A DNA stretch of 64,000 nucleotides, taken from Alphaproteobacteria bacterium. Lineage in GTDB: Bacteria > Pseudomonadota > Alphaproteobacteria > MPNO01 > UBA830. The notes beneath the pieces were generated by a model, which was not told where the DNA came from, did no database searches, and worked only from the letters and a program-made list of their open reading frames with translations. Where the stretch lies: assembly GCA_964291215.2 (NCBI GenBank), contig OZ219790.1, positions 1,280,001 to 1,344,000 on the forward strand, read 5' to 3'. Made by a program: the position numbers and the translations under genes. This document shows positions 36,113 through 46,773 of the stretch, piece by piece (the stretch's first letter is position 1; each line of letters starts with the position of its first letter).

Positions 36113-37107
36113 GCGACTGGCCTTGCGCCGGACGGCAGGCCCTTGTCTGCGATGAGGTCCTGATACCGCAGCCGCTTGCCTCTCATGCCGGCGGCGGTGC
36201 GCCCCATCATGTCCTCGGTGTCCAGGGGCCGGATGTTGTGCCGGCCCGCCGCCTCGGCAACATAGAGGTCGAGATGCTTCTCGCTGAACTTGTGGAAGGT
36301 CCCGACAAAGCTGCGCTTGAGGCCTGCCCAGAAGCTCTCCATGCCATTCGTTGAGGCCATGCCCCGCACGAACTCCTTGGCCGAGTGCTTCACCGCCTCG
36401 TGGGCATATTCGGGCATTCCAGCGTAGGCAGGCGCTTCATCGGTATAGAGGGTCGCGCCGGGCGCTACGTGCTCCCGCACGAAGGACTGGAGCGCGCTGG
36501 CGTCGGTTCCCTCCATGCGGCGAGCGGCTACCTGGTTCGTGTCCCGGTCCTTCACGCCCGCCACGGCGGCTTTCCCAACCGTCCCGCGTCCGGCACCAGC
36601 CTCCGCCAGTGCCTTGCGCTTCGCGTTCGACATGTTCTTACGCTTTCCGCCGATGAAAGTTTCGTCGGCTTCTGCGGGGCCGAGAAACATCGGAACCTCT
36701 CCGTTTTCCAGCGCCTTGCGGAGCCGGTGCGCCAGATGCCACGCGCTCTTCTGCGTAATCTCCAGCTCACGATGCAAGCGCATGGACGAAACGCCCTTGA
36801 GGTTCGTCATGACGAGGTAGAGCGCAATCGCCCAATCCCGGTAGCCGAGCTTCGAGCCCTCCATGACCGAGCCGGTCCTCAGGCTGAACTGCGGCCGCTT
36901 CGGGCAGGACCGGCAGCGGTGCGTCATCGTCTTGTGCCCGATCGGGTGCTGCACATCGTAGGACCCGCAGTGCGGGCAGAACGGACCCTCCGGCCACATG
37001 TGCGACTCGAACCACTCCCGCGCCTTCTCGTCGTCCGGGAACATGGTCATCAGCCGCTTCACGCTGATGCCCTTGCGGAACGCTTTGCCGGGTGCCTTTT
37101 TGACCAT
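36109..37107 (-). CDS. IS1595-family transposase (intact)
   Basis: Zn ribbon CPHCGS...CRSC; EADETFIGG, LYTDE, STNGMESFW. Confidence 0.95.
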   Translation of the reverse strand: MVKKAPGKAFRKGISVKRLMTMFPDDEKAREWFESHMWPEGPFCPHCGSYDVQHPIGHKTMTHRCRSCPKRPQFSLRTGSVMEGSKLGYRDWAIALYLVMTNLKGVSSMRLHRELEITQKSAWHLAHRLRKALENGEVPMFLGPAEADETFIGGKRKNMSNAKRKALAEAGAGRGTVGKAAVAGVKDRDTNQVAARRMEGTDASALQSFVREHVAPGATLYTDEAPAYAGMPEYAHEAVKHSAKEFVRGMASTNGMESFWAGLKRSFVGTFHKFSEKHLDLYVAEAAGRHNIRPLDTEDMMGRTAAGMRGKRLRYQDLIADKGLPSGARPVA

Positions 37108-37144
37108 CGGAACAACCTCTTATGGCGTGTTTCGCCCTATCCTC

Positions 37145-37173
37145 ATCATGGCGGATTACGCCCGGTGCGTCAA
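37145..37173 (-). promoter_or_regulatory. Candidate sigma70 promoter for the IS1595 transposase
   Basis: TTGACG-17 bp-CATGAT just inside the TIR. Confidence 0.45.
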
Positions 37174-38089
37174 GGAAAAATGGGAGTTTGGTATATAATT
37201 TCCTTTCCAACCAGGAAACTTGGATGCTTGTCGCTGGCCACGAGGGCGCCCAGTTCGGCCTCGGCGGTTTGGAGTGAGGAGGCGTGGCTCCGAGCTGTTT
37301 TCCGATACGTTTCCTGATGTCGTTGTTCGGTGCACGGCGTTTTGCGCCAGGTGGAACTGGCAGCGCTGCCACATCGCCGCACCTTGCACCGCGCGTCGTG
37401 CCGCTTTCAGCCCGGCATCCGAAACGATGAAGGTCGTACCATGCAGGGCCTGCAAGCTTTCCAGGAAGGCTCTCCAATGGACCTCGGCCTCGGAGAGCGC
37501 CACAGAGAGCCCCAGAACATGCCTGCAGCCCCTGTTCCGATGGCCGAGAGCACTGCGACATCGCGCACAACGCCGTCATGGCAGGCTTTTTCATGGCGCG
37601 CATCTAGGTATTTCATCAGGGGCCGGTTGCGCGGCGAGTTCTTCGTCGAGCAACCTGGTGGCCCGGCTGACCTGAGAAGAGGACAGGCTCCCGAACTCGC
37701 GCATTACATCCTGCCGTGTGGAAACACCCTTGATGTACATCTCGGCTACGGCGCGAGAAGATCGCTGGCCGCGTTCAAGCGACTGGGGGGTCATCCCCGT
37801 GACCGTTTGGCACCTGAACGGTAACAGTGGGGGTGTCGATCCGCTTGTAGCCGTTGGCATAGCCCTGTCGCTCCGGTGGCCCGCTTTCAAGTACTGCTCG
37901 CGCTCGATTTGCATCGCAAGCTCGAAGAGCTGACCAAAGACCCGCCCCAGATCCGTTGCTCCGTTTGCGATCAGATGTTCCAAAACAGTCCCGATCGTCG
38001 TAGTGTGTCGCAGGTCCATTCGCTTCCTCCATGAAGGTTTTCCAACTCCATGGGATGGCACGATGGCGCCGCGTTTCACTGGGGGGCTA

Positions 38090-39343
38090 GTAGTCTGGCA
38101 TTATTGGATTGAGGGATATAGTGACTTCAGTTTCGTCCGGGCATCCTTCGTCGTGAAACGCCAGTCGACAGTGACATCGGCCGCATTGCGGCGCTCGACC
38201 CACGCCACGGTCTCCCGCAGCATGGTGTCGCGGTCGGGAATGCGTCGCCGAAGGCATTGCCGCGACAGCGCGCCGCTCTCGATCTCGGCCATGTTGAGCC
38301 AGCTTCCATGCTTCGGCGTATAGCGAAACTCGAACCGCTTTCGTACCCGCCTCCTCGGGCTCGAAGGCTTCATACAGTGACTGTGCGTGTTCAGATTGTC
38401 CAGCACGATCTTCCTGTCGGGGAAATGGTCGTCGGCAAGCTCCCGGATGAAGTGCGCCCAGTCCCGCGGCGGTCGGTGACTTTCACCGTGCGCCAGTTCT
38501 CGTTGGGCGCAAAGGCCATGAAGAGGTTGGCCGTACCGTTGCGCTCATATTCATAGTCGACCACCTCCGGCTGACCGGGAGACGGGGGATGCGGGTTTCC
38601 TGCTGCCGGCTGGTTTCATCCATGCACACCAGCACCTCGTCCCTGGCAAAGTCCCGCTGATAAATGTCAAGCACATCCTCCATCGCCGCCACGAACTGTG
38701 CGCTCCGGTGCGGTGGAATGCACCAGTACTGCTTCAGCCACGGCTTGATCTCCTTTTTTTTAGCGTCTTCCTGACCGTCTCTTCCGAAATGCGCTCGACG
38801 ATCTCCATCTCCACCAGACGGCCGGCGAGCAGCTTCAGCGTCCAGCGGGCACAGCCCTCGGGCGGGGATGAGCAGGGCGACCAGCTTCGCCTCCATCGCC
38901 CCCGTTTCGGCCGACGGTTCACCTGCTCCTTGCGGCTGAGGGCGGCGTCCAGCCCCTCCAGGACGCAGCGCAAGCGCTCAATCGTCGCCGTGCCGATGCC
39001 CAGCGCAATGTCGGCATCGACAAGCGCCCCCTCAGCATCAGGACCTGTGCCCGGCGCCAGGCGGCCCCGGTGCCGTCGACGATCGCCTTCAAATCCTGGC
39101 GCTCCTGCGTTGAAAGGGTCACGCGGTAGAGCTTCCTGCCCCGAGAGTTGGCCATATGCGCCGCTCCTGTCATTGCGCCGAAGACCTGCGGGCATGCCCG
39201 TTGTCCGGACCTGCACATGGGGCTGCGGCTGCCTGCCTGTTCGGCATCTGCCCGTGTGGATATCGGCACTGTCCGGATTCCAACGAATGCCGACACGGAA
39301 ATACTACCCACAAAAAACCATCAATACAATGCCGGTGGACTAC
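38090..39343 (-). mobile_element. Decayed IS630-family IS nested in IS256
   Basis: RWTLKLLAGRL, ISEETVRKTLKK plus A-run, VCMDETSRQ, DNLNTH, YTPKHGSWLNMAEIE; TA duplication within CTAG. Confidence 0.88.
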
Positions 39344-39499
39344 TAGCCCCCCAGTGAAACGCCTCAAAGCGCAAACCTCAGACAAATTTCCAGACATCAA
39401 GTTACAGTACCGACATGGGGACATCCTCCCCCTCACCCTCATCTCCTGACCTCGGCTTTGATTTCTTCCAATCAGGGTGCAGTTCGTAGATCATGCGGA

Positions 39500-40146
39500 G
39501 GCCGGTTCGGAGCTTGAGGAAGGCATCCTGAGGAGCCACAGGCTCAAGATCGCCGAACATCGTGCCGATCCTGGCCAGCGCGTCGACGCGGTTGGCCAGA
39601 TGGCCCATCGCCTCGGCGAAGCGCCGGGCCCGCAGCGGGCAAGACAACCTCGAAGCCCCGATCATGAAGACACTGGTAAACCCTGCGGTGATAGCGGCCT
39701 GTCGCCTCCATCACCACACGGGTCACCTCGAGGCTGCGAAGCCACGTGCCCGCCAGCTCGTGGCGTCGTTCGCAAAACAATGCGCCAGATGTTCAGACTG
39801 GCCTTGCTGACATCGATCCCTGCTATTACCTTGACCATCGTCCCTTGCTCCTCGTCTCATGATGATTCGGTTCCAAACCTAGGCATCCATTCAGGACACG
39901 AGGGACGCTAGGGGAGGTTGGCCGACCAAGCTTGCGCACGGCTCTGCAAGGCCAAGACGGAAACGGTCCGACCAACCTCCGCGGAGATCGTTTGATCCCC
40001 GCTCCCCTGTGCGTGTTCGCGCAGGGGAGCGGAATCTCTCTGTAACCATGGACCGGACGCTCTCCCACAGTCAGGGTTGTCCACATTTTCCCGTCCCCGA
40101 CCGCTGTGGATGATTTCATCATCAAGGGGATAAAACCTGATCATAT
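39500..40146 (-). mobile_element. IS110-family fragment (non-coding end plus recombinase N-terminus), copy 1
   Basis: VVMEATGRYHR, ARRFAEAMG; non-coding end homologous to 45171-45451. Confidence 0.78.
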
Positions 40147-40848
40147 AAGACGGCGACGCTGATCACCCGGTGCTGCGGCGCAGACCACATCTTCCCGGTC
40201 AAAGGCAATGCGCTCGAAACCTTCGACATCCTCGACGGCATCGACCGGGAGACGGATGCCAGCGGCCGCTTCAGGGAGGCAAGGCCCACGGACGCCTCGA
40301 GCAGCGCTCGATACGTGCCGCTCGAGGACCTGATCAACTACCCCGGCGTCAGAGCCGGATCGCCCGCATCAAGCGCTACCGCAAGCCGCCGGGAAAGAGC
40401 GCCAGCGGCGCAGCGAGCGGCAACGACTGCACCGGTACATCATCACCTCGCTCAATGCGCAACACGCGTCGCCAGAGGAACTGCTGCGGCTCGGTCGCGG
40501 GCACCGGGCCGTGGAAAGCATGAACCACCGCCAGAGAGACTGCGTCTTCGGCGAGGACGCCTGCCTGACCCGCAAACCGCGCCAGCCTCGACAACATCGC
40601 GCTCGCGGTGATCTTCGCCAACCGACGCGAGAGCCTCGCCGAAACACGGCTGCAGCTCGACCGCCGGGAAGCCGTCGCAGCCCGGCCCTGAGCGCCAATG
40701 GTGTCCGGCCGATTCCCGGGCGCCGCCCACAACCCGCCCACGCGCCGATAACGCCGCCGCCGGCGACCGCGGACGGCCCCGAAGCCAGAAAACCCGGCAC
40801 GCCGTGAAACTTCCGGACAGCAGAAGACAGCAAAATTGAATGCAGCGT
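40147..40848 (+). mobile_element. Decayed ISAs1-family element, 3' part (copy B)
   Basis: GADHIFPVKGNA, GHRAVESMNHRQRDCVFGEDACLTR; homologous to 1-567. Confidence 0.82.
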
Positions 40849-40989
40849 AGGAAAGACCTAGCTTCTACGGTCCGGCCCACCAAGAGATAGCCGGCGTGCT
40901 CAGGGACGACCGGGAGGAGGTCAACCTGCTCGCCGGTTTCGGTGCCAGTACTAACCCGTCCGCCGGGCCGGGAGCGCGCGGGAAGCGGC

Positions 40990-43455
40990 TCAGAAGGCGT
41001 GGCGCCAGCCTGCGAGGATGCTGAGTTCGGCGGCGGCGGCGGCGTCGTGGCCGGGCTGCCGGCTCCAGCCTGCGCCCAGGCGCAATTCGCCGCCATTGTC
41101 GAGCGACCGGCGCCACTCGGCGGCGATGTCGATCTGCCGGCCCAAGGGTTCGAGGTCCGCGGCCATCGACCGGCGCAGGACCCGTCCGTCCCCAGTGCGG
41201 CCGACCGGAACCGAAAGCCGGGCCCAGCCGGCCTCGACGCGCAGGGGCTGGCCCACCGAGAAGGTGAGCGCATCCCGGCCGCCCAGCGCCCGTTGCGCTC
41301 GCAGCGCGAAGGCGCTGGTAACCAGCGGCGACACGTCAGCGAGCATCCCGCCGTGCGTTGCTGTCCTGACGGTGCCGATTTCCGCGTCGGCGCCCAGACG
41401 CCAGGCGCCGGCGCGGAACCCACTCTCGAGGCCGGCGAAGACAGACTGGCCTGCAATCCGTCCGAAGGCACCGCTGGCAGTACTGCCGAGCAAGGTCCGG
41501 CGCTCGGCCACCATGCCGCCTGTGAGGGCGAAGGGCTGTTCCGGGGGCTGCCATGTCAGGGCCGCGCCCGACGCCGGGGGCCGGCTGCGCACCCCTTCGG
41601 TGGAAAAGGCGGTGACGGCGAACCCGTGCGCGCCCGGCACATCCACCGCGAGGCCCGACCCGGCGAGCGCGAGGTGTCCACCACCGCGGAAAGGCGCCGC
41701 GTCCAGAAGGCCCGGGCGGAAGGAGGTGCCCGCCGCATAGGCGCCGCCGATCAGCGGGACGAGGCCGGGCTGCAGGGTTCCGAAAGTCCGGCCGGTCCGT
41801 TGCGGCGCCATGAAGGCGTGCAGCCGGGCGGCGAGGCCGGGGCCGGCCCCTTCGGCAACGAAGTCGCCCAGGGAGAACCAGAACGGCGCCCCCAGCGTGT
41901 CGAACGCCACGACCTCCCTGCCGCCGGAGAGCGCCTGCGCCAACCCGTTGCCCAGCGCGCCGCCGGGGACAAGGCCGGTTTCCGTCACAGGGCTGCCGGG
42001 GCTGTCGATGCGGTCACCCAGAGTGAGCATAGTGGCGCCGACCGGCGCCGTCGCGGCACCCAGGTCCATCAGCCCCTGGCCGTAGATGCTGCTGTCGGCG
42101 TAGATGCCCTGCTTGTTGGCCGTCGCCATCAGCCGGGAGACCAGTTCCGTGTTGGTCATCTGGCCGCGGAAGACATGCTTCATCACGATAAGCCCGCCGG
42201 TCACGAACGGCGCGGCAGCGGAAGTGCCCCTGACATAGGCGGCAACCCCTCGCGTGCCGGGGCCGCTGCCGGAAACAGGGCGGCAATTGGGATTGGATCC
42301 GCAGGGAGGGCCGAAATAGGCCGCCCTGATTGCGTCCCCGGGCGCCGCGATGCACCACTCGGCCGCGATACCGCAACGGTTGGAGAAGTCGGCGATTTCA
42401 TGTTCGCCGTCGCCGTCGTCGTCGGGCGCCACGGCAGCGGCGCCGATCACGTGGCCGCGCAGCTCGGGGAAGTGCACCGGCAGGCCGGGAAGGATCTTGA
42501 CCGACCGGGCATTGACGCGGGCTTGCAATGCGCCCCCCGTGCAAAGGTCGGGATTGTCGGTGAAGTTCGCCGGGTCGCAGGGGGCATTGTGGGCGTTGCC
42601 GGCCGAGAACACGAAGACGGTTTTGTCGGCCGCGCCGGCCTGCGCCAGCGCGGTGATCGTCTGGCGCAGGTTGCGGCGCAGTTCCTGTTTGCCGTACTGC
42701 TCGATCATTCCCTCCGGACCCCAGCTCGCATTGACGAAATCGATCTTCCGCCCATCGTGCGACCAGTCGGCGGCGCGGGCGAACAGTTGCCCCCACCCGT
42801 CTGGCCCGCGGTCGGCGGCGCGCAAGGAGGCCAGTGATGCCGGTTTGTACGGGCGGCTCCCCGATCCGAGATCGATGGCGAGCATCGCAACATCGGCGCC
42901 CGGCGCGATCCCGGGACCGGCGCCCCTGGCGACATAGGTGGTCGGCGGCCGCCCGGCGAGCACGCTCGCGACCGTCGTGCCGTGCGAGGACTCGCTGCCG
43001 TCCCCGGCGCCCGGCCCACTGACGATGCTCTCCCTCACCGTCTTGCCGGCAAACATTGGGTGGCTGGTATCAATACCGTCGTCGATCAGCCCGGCGGTGT
43101 AGCCGGAGCCCGCCTCGACGCCGACGCCGTGCGCCAATTCGACCTGCGCCCAGGCCCGGTCCGCGCGGACCGCGGTCAGCCCCCACTGTTCTCTGAAGTC
43201 TGCCCGGTCGGCATGGCGCGCCGCAAGGATCTGGCGTTGTTGCCGATAGTCCTGCGTGGAGAGGCACCCGAAACCCGCCGTCGGAATGATGTCTTCGAGC
43301 GCGCAAGGGTCCGGCGGCGATAACGGTGACTGCGGTGGCTCTCCTGTGCCTCCGCCACCGCACGCCGAAACGAGCAGGGCCGAGACGAGGCACAGCGCGG
43401 CCGCACCAGTCACGCGGGAAAACCAGAACCGGTAGAGTTCGAGCAAGCGCCTCAT
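40990..43455 (-). CDS. S8 subtilisin-family serine protease; predicted lipoprotein with a C-terminal beta-barrel-like region
   Basis: Lipobox LVSAC; triad LIDDGID / HGTTVAS / GTSAAAP; SAGN; C-terminus ends LAGWRHAF. Confidence 0.85.
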   Translation of the reverse strand: MRRLLELYRFWFSRVTGAAALCLVSALLVSACGGGGTGEPPQSPLSPPDPCALEDIIPTAGFGCLSTQDYRQQRQILAARHADRADFREQWGLTAVRADRAWAQVELAHGVGVEAGSGYTAGLIDDGIDTSHPMFAGKTVRESIVSGPGAGDGSESSHGTTVASVLAGRPPTTYVARGAGPGIAPGADVAMLAIDLGSGSRPYKPASLASLRAADRGPDGWGQLFARAADWSHDGRKIDFVNASWGPEGMIEQYGKQELRRNLRQTITALAQAGAADKTVFVFSAGNAHNAPCDPANFTDNPDLCTGGALQARVNARSVKILPGLPVHFPELRGHVIGAAAVAPDDDGDGEHEIADFSNRCGIAAEWCIAAPGDAIRAAYFGPPCGSNPNCRPVSGSGPGTRGVAAYVRGTSAAAPFVTGGLIVMKHVFRGQMTNTELVSRLMATANKQGIYADSSIYGQGLMDLGAATAPVGATMLTLGDRIDSPGSPVTETGLVPGGALGNGLAQALSGGREVVAFDTLGAPFWFSLGDFVAEGAGPGLAARLHAFMAPQRTGRTFGTLQPGLVPLIGGAYAAGTSFRPGLLDAAPFRGGGHLALAGSGLAVDVPGAHGFAVTAFSTEGVRSRPPASGAALTWQPPEQPFALTGGMVAERRTLLGSTASGAFGRIAGQSVFAGLESGFRAGAWRLGADAEIGTVRTATHGGMLADVSPLVTSAFALRAQRALGGRDALTFSVGQPLRVEAGWARLSVPVGRTGDGRVLRRSMAADLEPLGRQIDIAAEWRRSLDNGGELRLGAGWSRQPGHDAAAAAELSILAGWRHAF

Positions 43456-43596
43456 ATCGCCCTCTATTCACCCGCCCCTGTCCGCCTAGGCAGAATCGAC
43501 ATTCATCACATCCACACGATAGCAGAAGTGATCAGTATGAAGGCCAAGAAGTATATTGCGTGACTATTCGGTTATCACATACACCAAGTTAACGCC

Positions 43597-43693
43597 ATGA
43601 ACGAATTCAAGTCTTGGAACAGCTACTGGAACTTTGCCAACCGAGTACGGTACGAGACCCGCCACATTCAAGCATCCGAGGATGACGATTTCC
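43597..43693 (+). pseudogene. Truncated N-terminus (MNEFKSWNSYWNF...), possibly of a RES-domain protein, cut by the IS end
   Basis: Low-GC ORF start interrupted at the TIR-like sequence at 43694; family from recall only. Confidence 0.3.
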
Positions 43694-46600
43694 CAAGGTG
43701 ATCCCATGCTTGTTGATGTGATGTTATCGGAGTCCTGATCGCGGCGCGGGTCGACGCGTTCGAGGCTGCGATTTTGAGATTTGCTGACGCGCTGTTGCGG
43801 CGCGGGGCGCGATTGGTCGGCGTATCCGGGGCGAGCGAGAGGCCTTGGTTGTCGGGCTCGAAAGCTTGCGGTTTCTGTCGGGCAGAGGGGCGCGGTCAGC
43901 CTGGTCTTGTGATTGCGTGCAGGACCTGCTTGCGCTTGTCCGCATGGTGGGAAGCTGTTGAAGGGTTGGGCAGCTTGCGCTTGTTGTGGATGATGATTGC
44001 GAGGGTGATCGCGTTGTTTGCGGGCGCGTTCGGAGCATGGAGTCGTCTTCGCGGAAGGTGGCGTCGCGGACATGATGATGGCTCTCGACTACCCAGTGTC
44101 CGCGATTCCATGCGAGCAACTGTTGCGGCGAGGCGCGCTCGACCGAGCATCCATGTTTCTTGGCAAGGTTTTTGCGGGTGTCTGTGGTGATGTTTTCTGT
44201 GGTTGTCCACAAGCGGTGTGGGATTTGCTCTGCGAGCGAGGCGACATGAAGCTTGTGGTCCCGGCGGCGGGTTGCCGTCCATTAGTCACGTGAACGCGGC
44301 TACCTTGCCGCCCCCGGGCATGGTAACGTGACCGTCCGGGTTCCAGGTGTCCCAAGGCGGTTCGATCTCCTCGATGTCGGCCTCGACGATGATCTGCAGA
44401 CATTCTCCCCAAGTCGTGTCGTAGTAGGGAGACTGTCGATACAGTCCCGATCGCGCTCTCGGCAGGGCCGTGTCTCCTTCGCTCACTCACCGGTACTTCA
44501 GGCAACGCTGCTGTCGCAGCAAGGTGTTCGCCAGAGCTTGCGCATCACGGCGACAATCGCGACCTTGCTTGCCGGCAGTCTTGAGGCGCACCAAGTCCGC
44601 GTTGAAGCGTGCCGGTCGCGGCCAGGAGATCACGTGGCCTTTGGCGCCCGCCACGGATGTGCCGAGCACCGTGGTCGTTGGCCATCGGCGCCACCCCGAT
44701 CAAGGCTGCCGACGCTGCCGAGTTCGGGCATCCAGAAGGGCCGCGGCGGTCACCGGATCGAGGTCAGGATGGCGTACCTCTGCTCGGGATCACCGGCGAT
44801 CACCGCTTTGATCGCCGCGCCGGCGGTCATCGAGATCGGCCGCCGAGGCCCTTGTGACGGTCTCGCCATCCACCTCATCTGCCACGCGTCGACAAGCGCG
44901 GCACCAGGAGATCCTCCAGGCTCTTGAGGAAGGCGGAGCCACAGGCTCACCGTGCCGATCCTGGCGTCGACGCGGTTGGCCCATCGCCTCGGCGAAGCGC
45001 CCGCAACGGGTTGACGAGAATAACCTCGAAGCCCCGGTCATGAAGACACTGGTAAACCTTGCGGTGATAGCGGCCTGTCGCCCGCCACCCGGCTCACCCC
45101 GAGGCCGCGAAGCCACCTGCCCGTGGCGTCGTTCGCAAAACAATGCGCCAGATGTCCAGACTGGCTGACCCCTGCTACTACCTTGACCATCGCTCCTCGC
45201 CTTGTGATGATACGGGTTCAAACCCAGGCATCCAGCGAGGGATGCCAGGGGAGGTTGCCAAACTCGGACGCGGCTCTGTCAAGGTCGAAACGGCAAACTC
45301 CGCGGAGATCGTTTGATTTCCGCTCCCCTGTGCGTGTTCGCTCAGGGGAGCGGAATCTCTCTGCAACCATAGCTCTCCCACAGATCCACATTTTCCCGCC
45401 CCCAACTGCTGTGGATGATTTCATCATCAAGGGGACAAAACCTGGTCATATGGCGTGTTCGGTTTTCCTGAATTCGACGCGCCGGGTGACGCGGAAGATC
45501 TGCTTGACTAGTTGATCATCTTCGCCAACGGGTTGAAGATGATGCGCTGGCGGCCATGCGCGGGCTTTTCACTATAGCGTCCCGTGCTCGCGGTCTTCCG
45601 GTTGATGCTCTCGAAGGCGCGTTGCCCTTGACCATCAGTCCGCGCGATGGATCTCGACGATCAGCCTCGCGGGTGGTGTGGAGCGCGTCGAGGGTGAGCA
45701 GACGGCCGATGCCGTCGCGGCGTGGACGGCAGCGATCTCCCCGCCGTGACAGTTGAGGACCGAATACCGGCCAGCGAGGCCGTCTCGTAATGATCCTCGC
45801 CGGTGCGGCCGCGCTTGCCGTCGACCGCGTTGCCGACCTGCGGCTGCGCGCCGCATCCTCGATCCATCCCGGGTCGGTAGCACCCGGTGCACGGTGGAGG
45901 CCGGCTTGTCCCTGTTCTTCCACGCTGCTTCAGATCCTTCTGCGTCATCGCGTAGTGCGCCGCCGCGCCGGTTCGCAAGCCGCGCCATCACGCACAGCAC
46001 CGAGGCGATGCCCCTGCGCGCGCCGGAAAGCGCCCCGAAGTGCTGATAAATCGAGCGCAACTCCTGCGCCGACCAGCGGCGCCCGCAACTCCCACGCCGC
46101 AGGAAGCGGCGAACGATCCCGCGTCACGACGCAGCGGAAACACGTAAGGATCCTTCGCCTCCCCGTGCCGGTCGGTATAGCGCCCGCTGGCGCGCGCATG
46201 GCCCCTGCCAACGCACTCCCGGTTCGCCGCCTTGTACATGGCGCCGCTGAACTTCGTCGGCGAGACAAACTTCTACACAACAAGCAACGGATGGCGCGGC
46301 CTCCCATTCGCCGCCGCACCATCCGCGACAACGCAAACGAGGCCCGGAAACACTCGGCGACCACCAGAAACAACAAACCTCGTGTTGTTCCCGGCAACCG
46401 CCTGAACCGTTCCTCGCGGCGCCAGCCAATCCAACGGTCCCGCGGCCGAGGGTGCCCGTCTGCCAGCCCGCAGCGCCAATCCACCGCCCGCGCCAGGTGA
46501 ACACGCAGCGCAGACCTCGACCGGCAAACTGCTTGAAACCAAGATGGTGATGACCGTCAACGACACGATTCCAGCGGCATCAGGCCGCGCAAGGTGCACA

Positions 46601-46763
46601 ACCACATCCCGGAGCGCAAAACCCTCCAGAGTCGTCTCAAAAAAAATCCGCTGTCTCCACGACAACGGATACTGCGCCGCTTCACAAAAAGCCAGCGAAA
46701 ATGCGAATCATCTTGAACAAGCGAAACCGACCCTTCCAACAAACTTGGCGTGGGATCATCGTG
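43694..46763 (-). mobile_element. Decayed ISAs1-family element with an N-terminal DUF4338 (DruA-like) region, interrupted by IS110
   Basis: RDRWIGW, NNTRFVV, FVSPTKFSGAMYKAAN (DUF4338-like); LLTLDALHT, MVKGNAP, RGHWVVESHHHVRDATFREDD (ISAs1); ends resemble the MITE TIR. Confidence 0.7.
44487..45451 (-). mobile_element. Decayed IS110-family element, copy 2
   Basis: RFAEAMG, IAGDPEQRYAILTSI, RFNADL...GK...ALANTLLR fragments; non-coding end shared with copy 1. Confidence 0.75.
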
Positions 46764-46773
46764 TGACCGATTG

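Larger units (their letters stand above)
34231..37203 (-). mobile_element. Intact IS1595-family transporter IS carrying passenger ORFs
   Basis: 23-bp TIRs GG(G/A)AATTATATACCAAA(G/C)TCCCA; perfect 8-bp TSD TTTCCAAC (34223-34230, 37204-37211). Confidence 0.93.
33966..39411 (-). mobile_element. Decayed IS256-family IS, split by nested IS1595 and IS630
   Basis: AEMYIKGVST, YLDARHEK, SEAEVHWRAFLESL, WQRCQFHL, RTSNGIER...VRVFPN; IRs GATTACGCAACCTGATGTCTGGAAATT / AATTTCCAGACATCAAGTTACAGTACC. Confidence 0.85.

Noticed and set aside
33958-39419. Target-site duplication for IS256
   Set aside because: Flanks GACATCCC and GACATGGG match at only 5 of 8 positions; not claimed
40942-42837. 631-aa plus-strand ORF and other long antisense ORFs (e.g. 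6424-7536, 17455-18546)
   Set aside because: Shadow frames of real genes in high-GC DNA with no motifs
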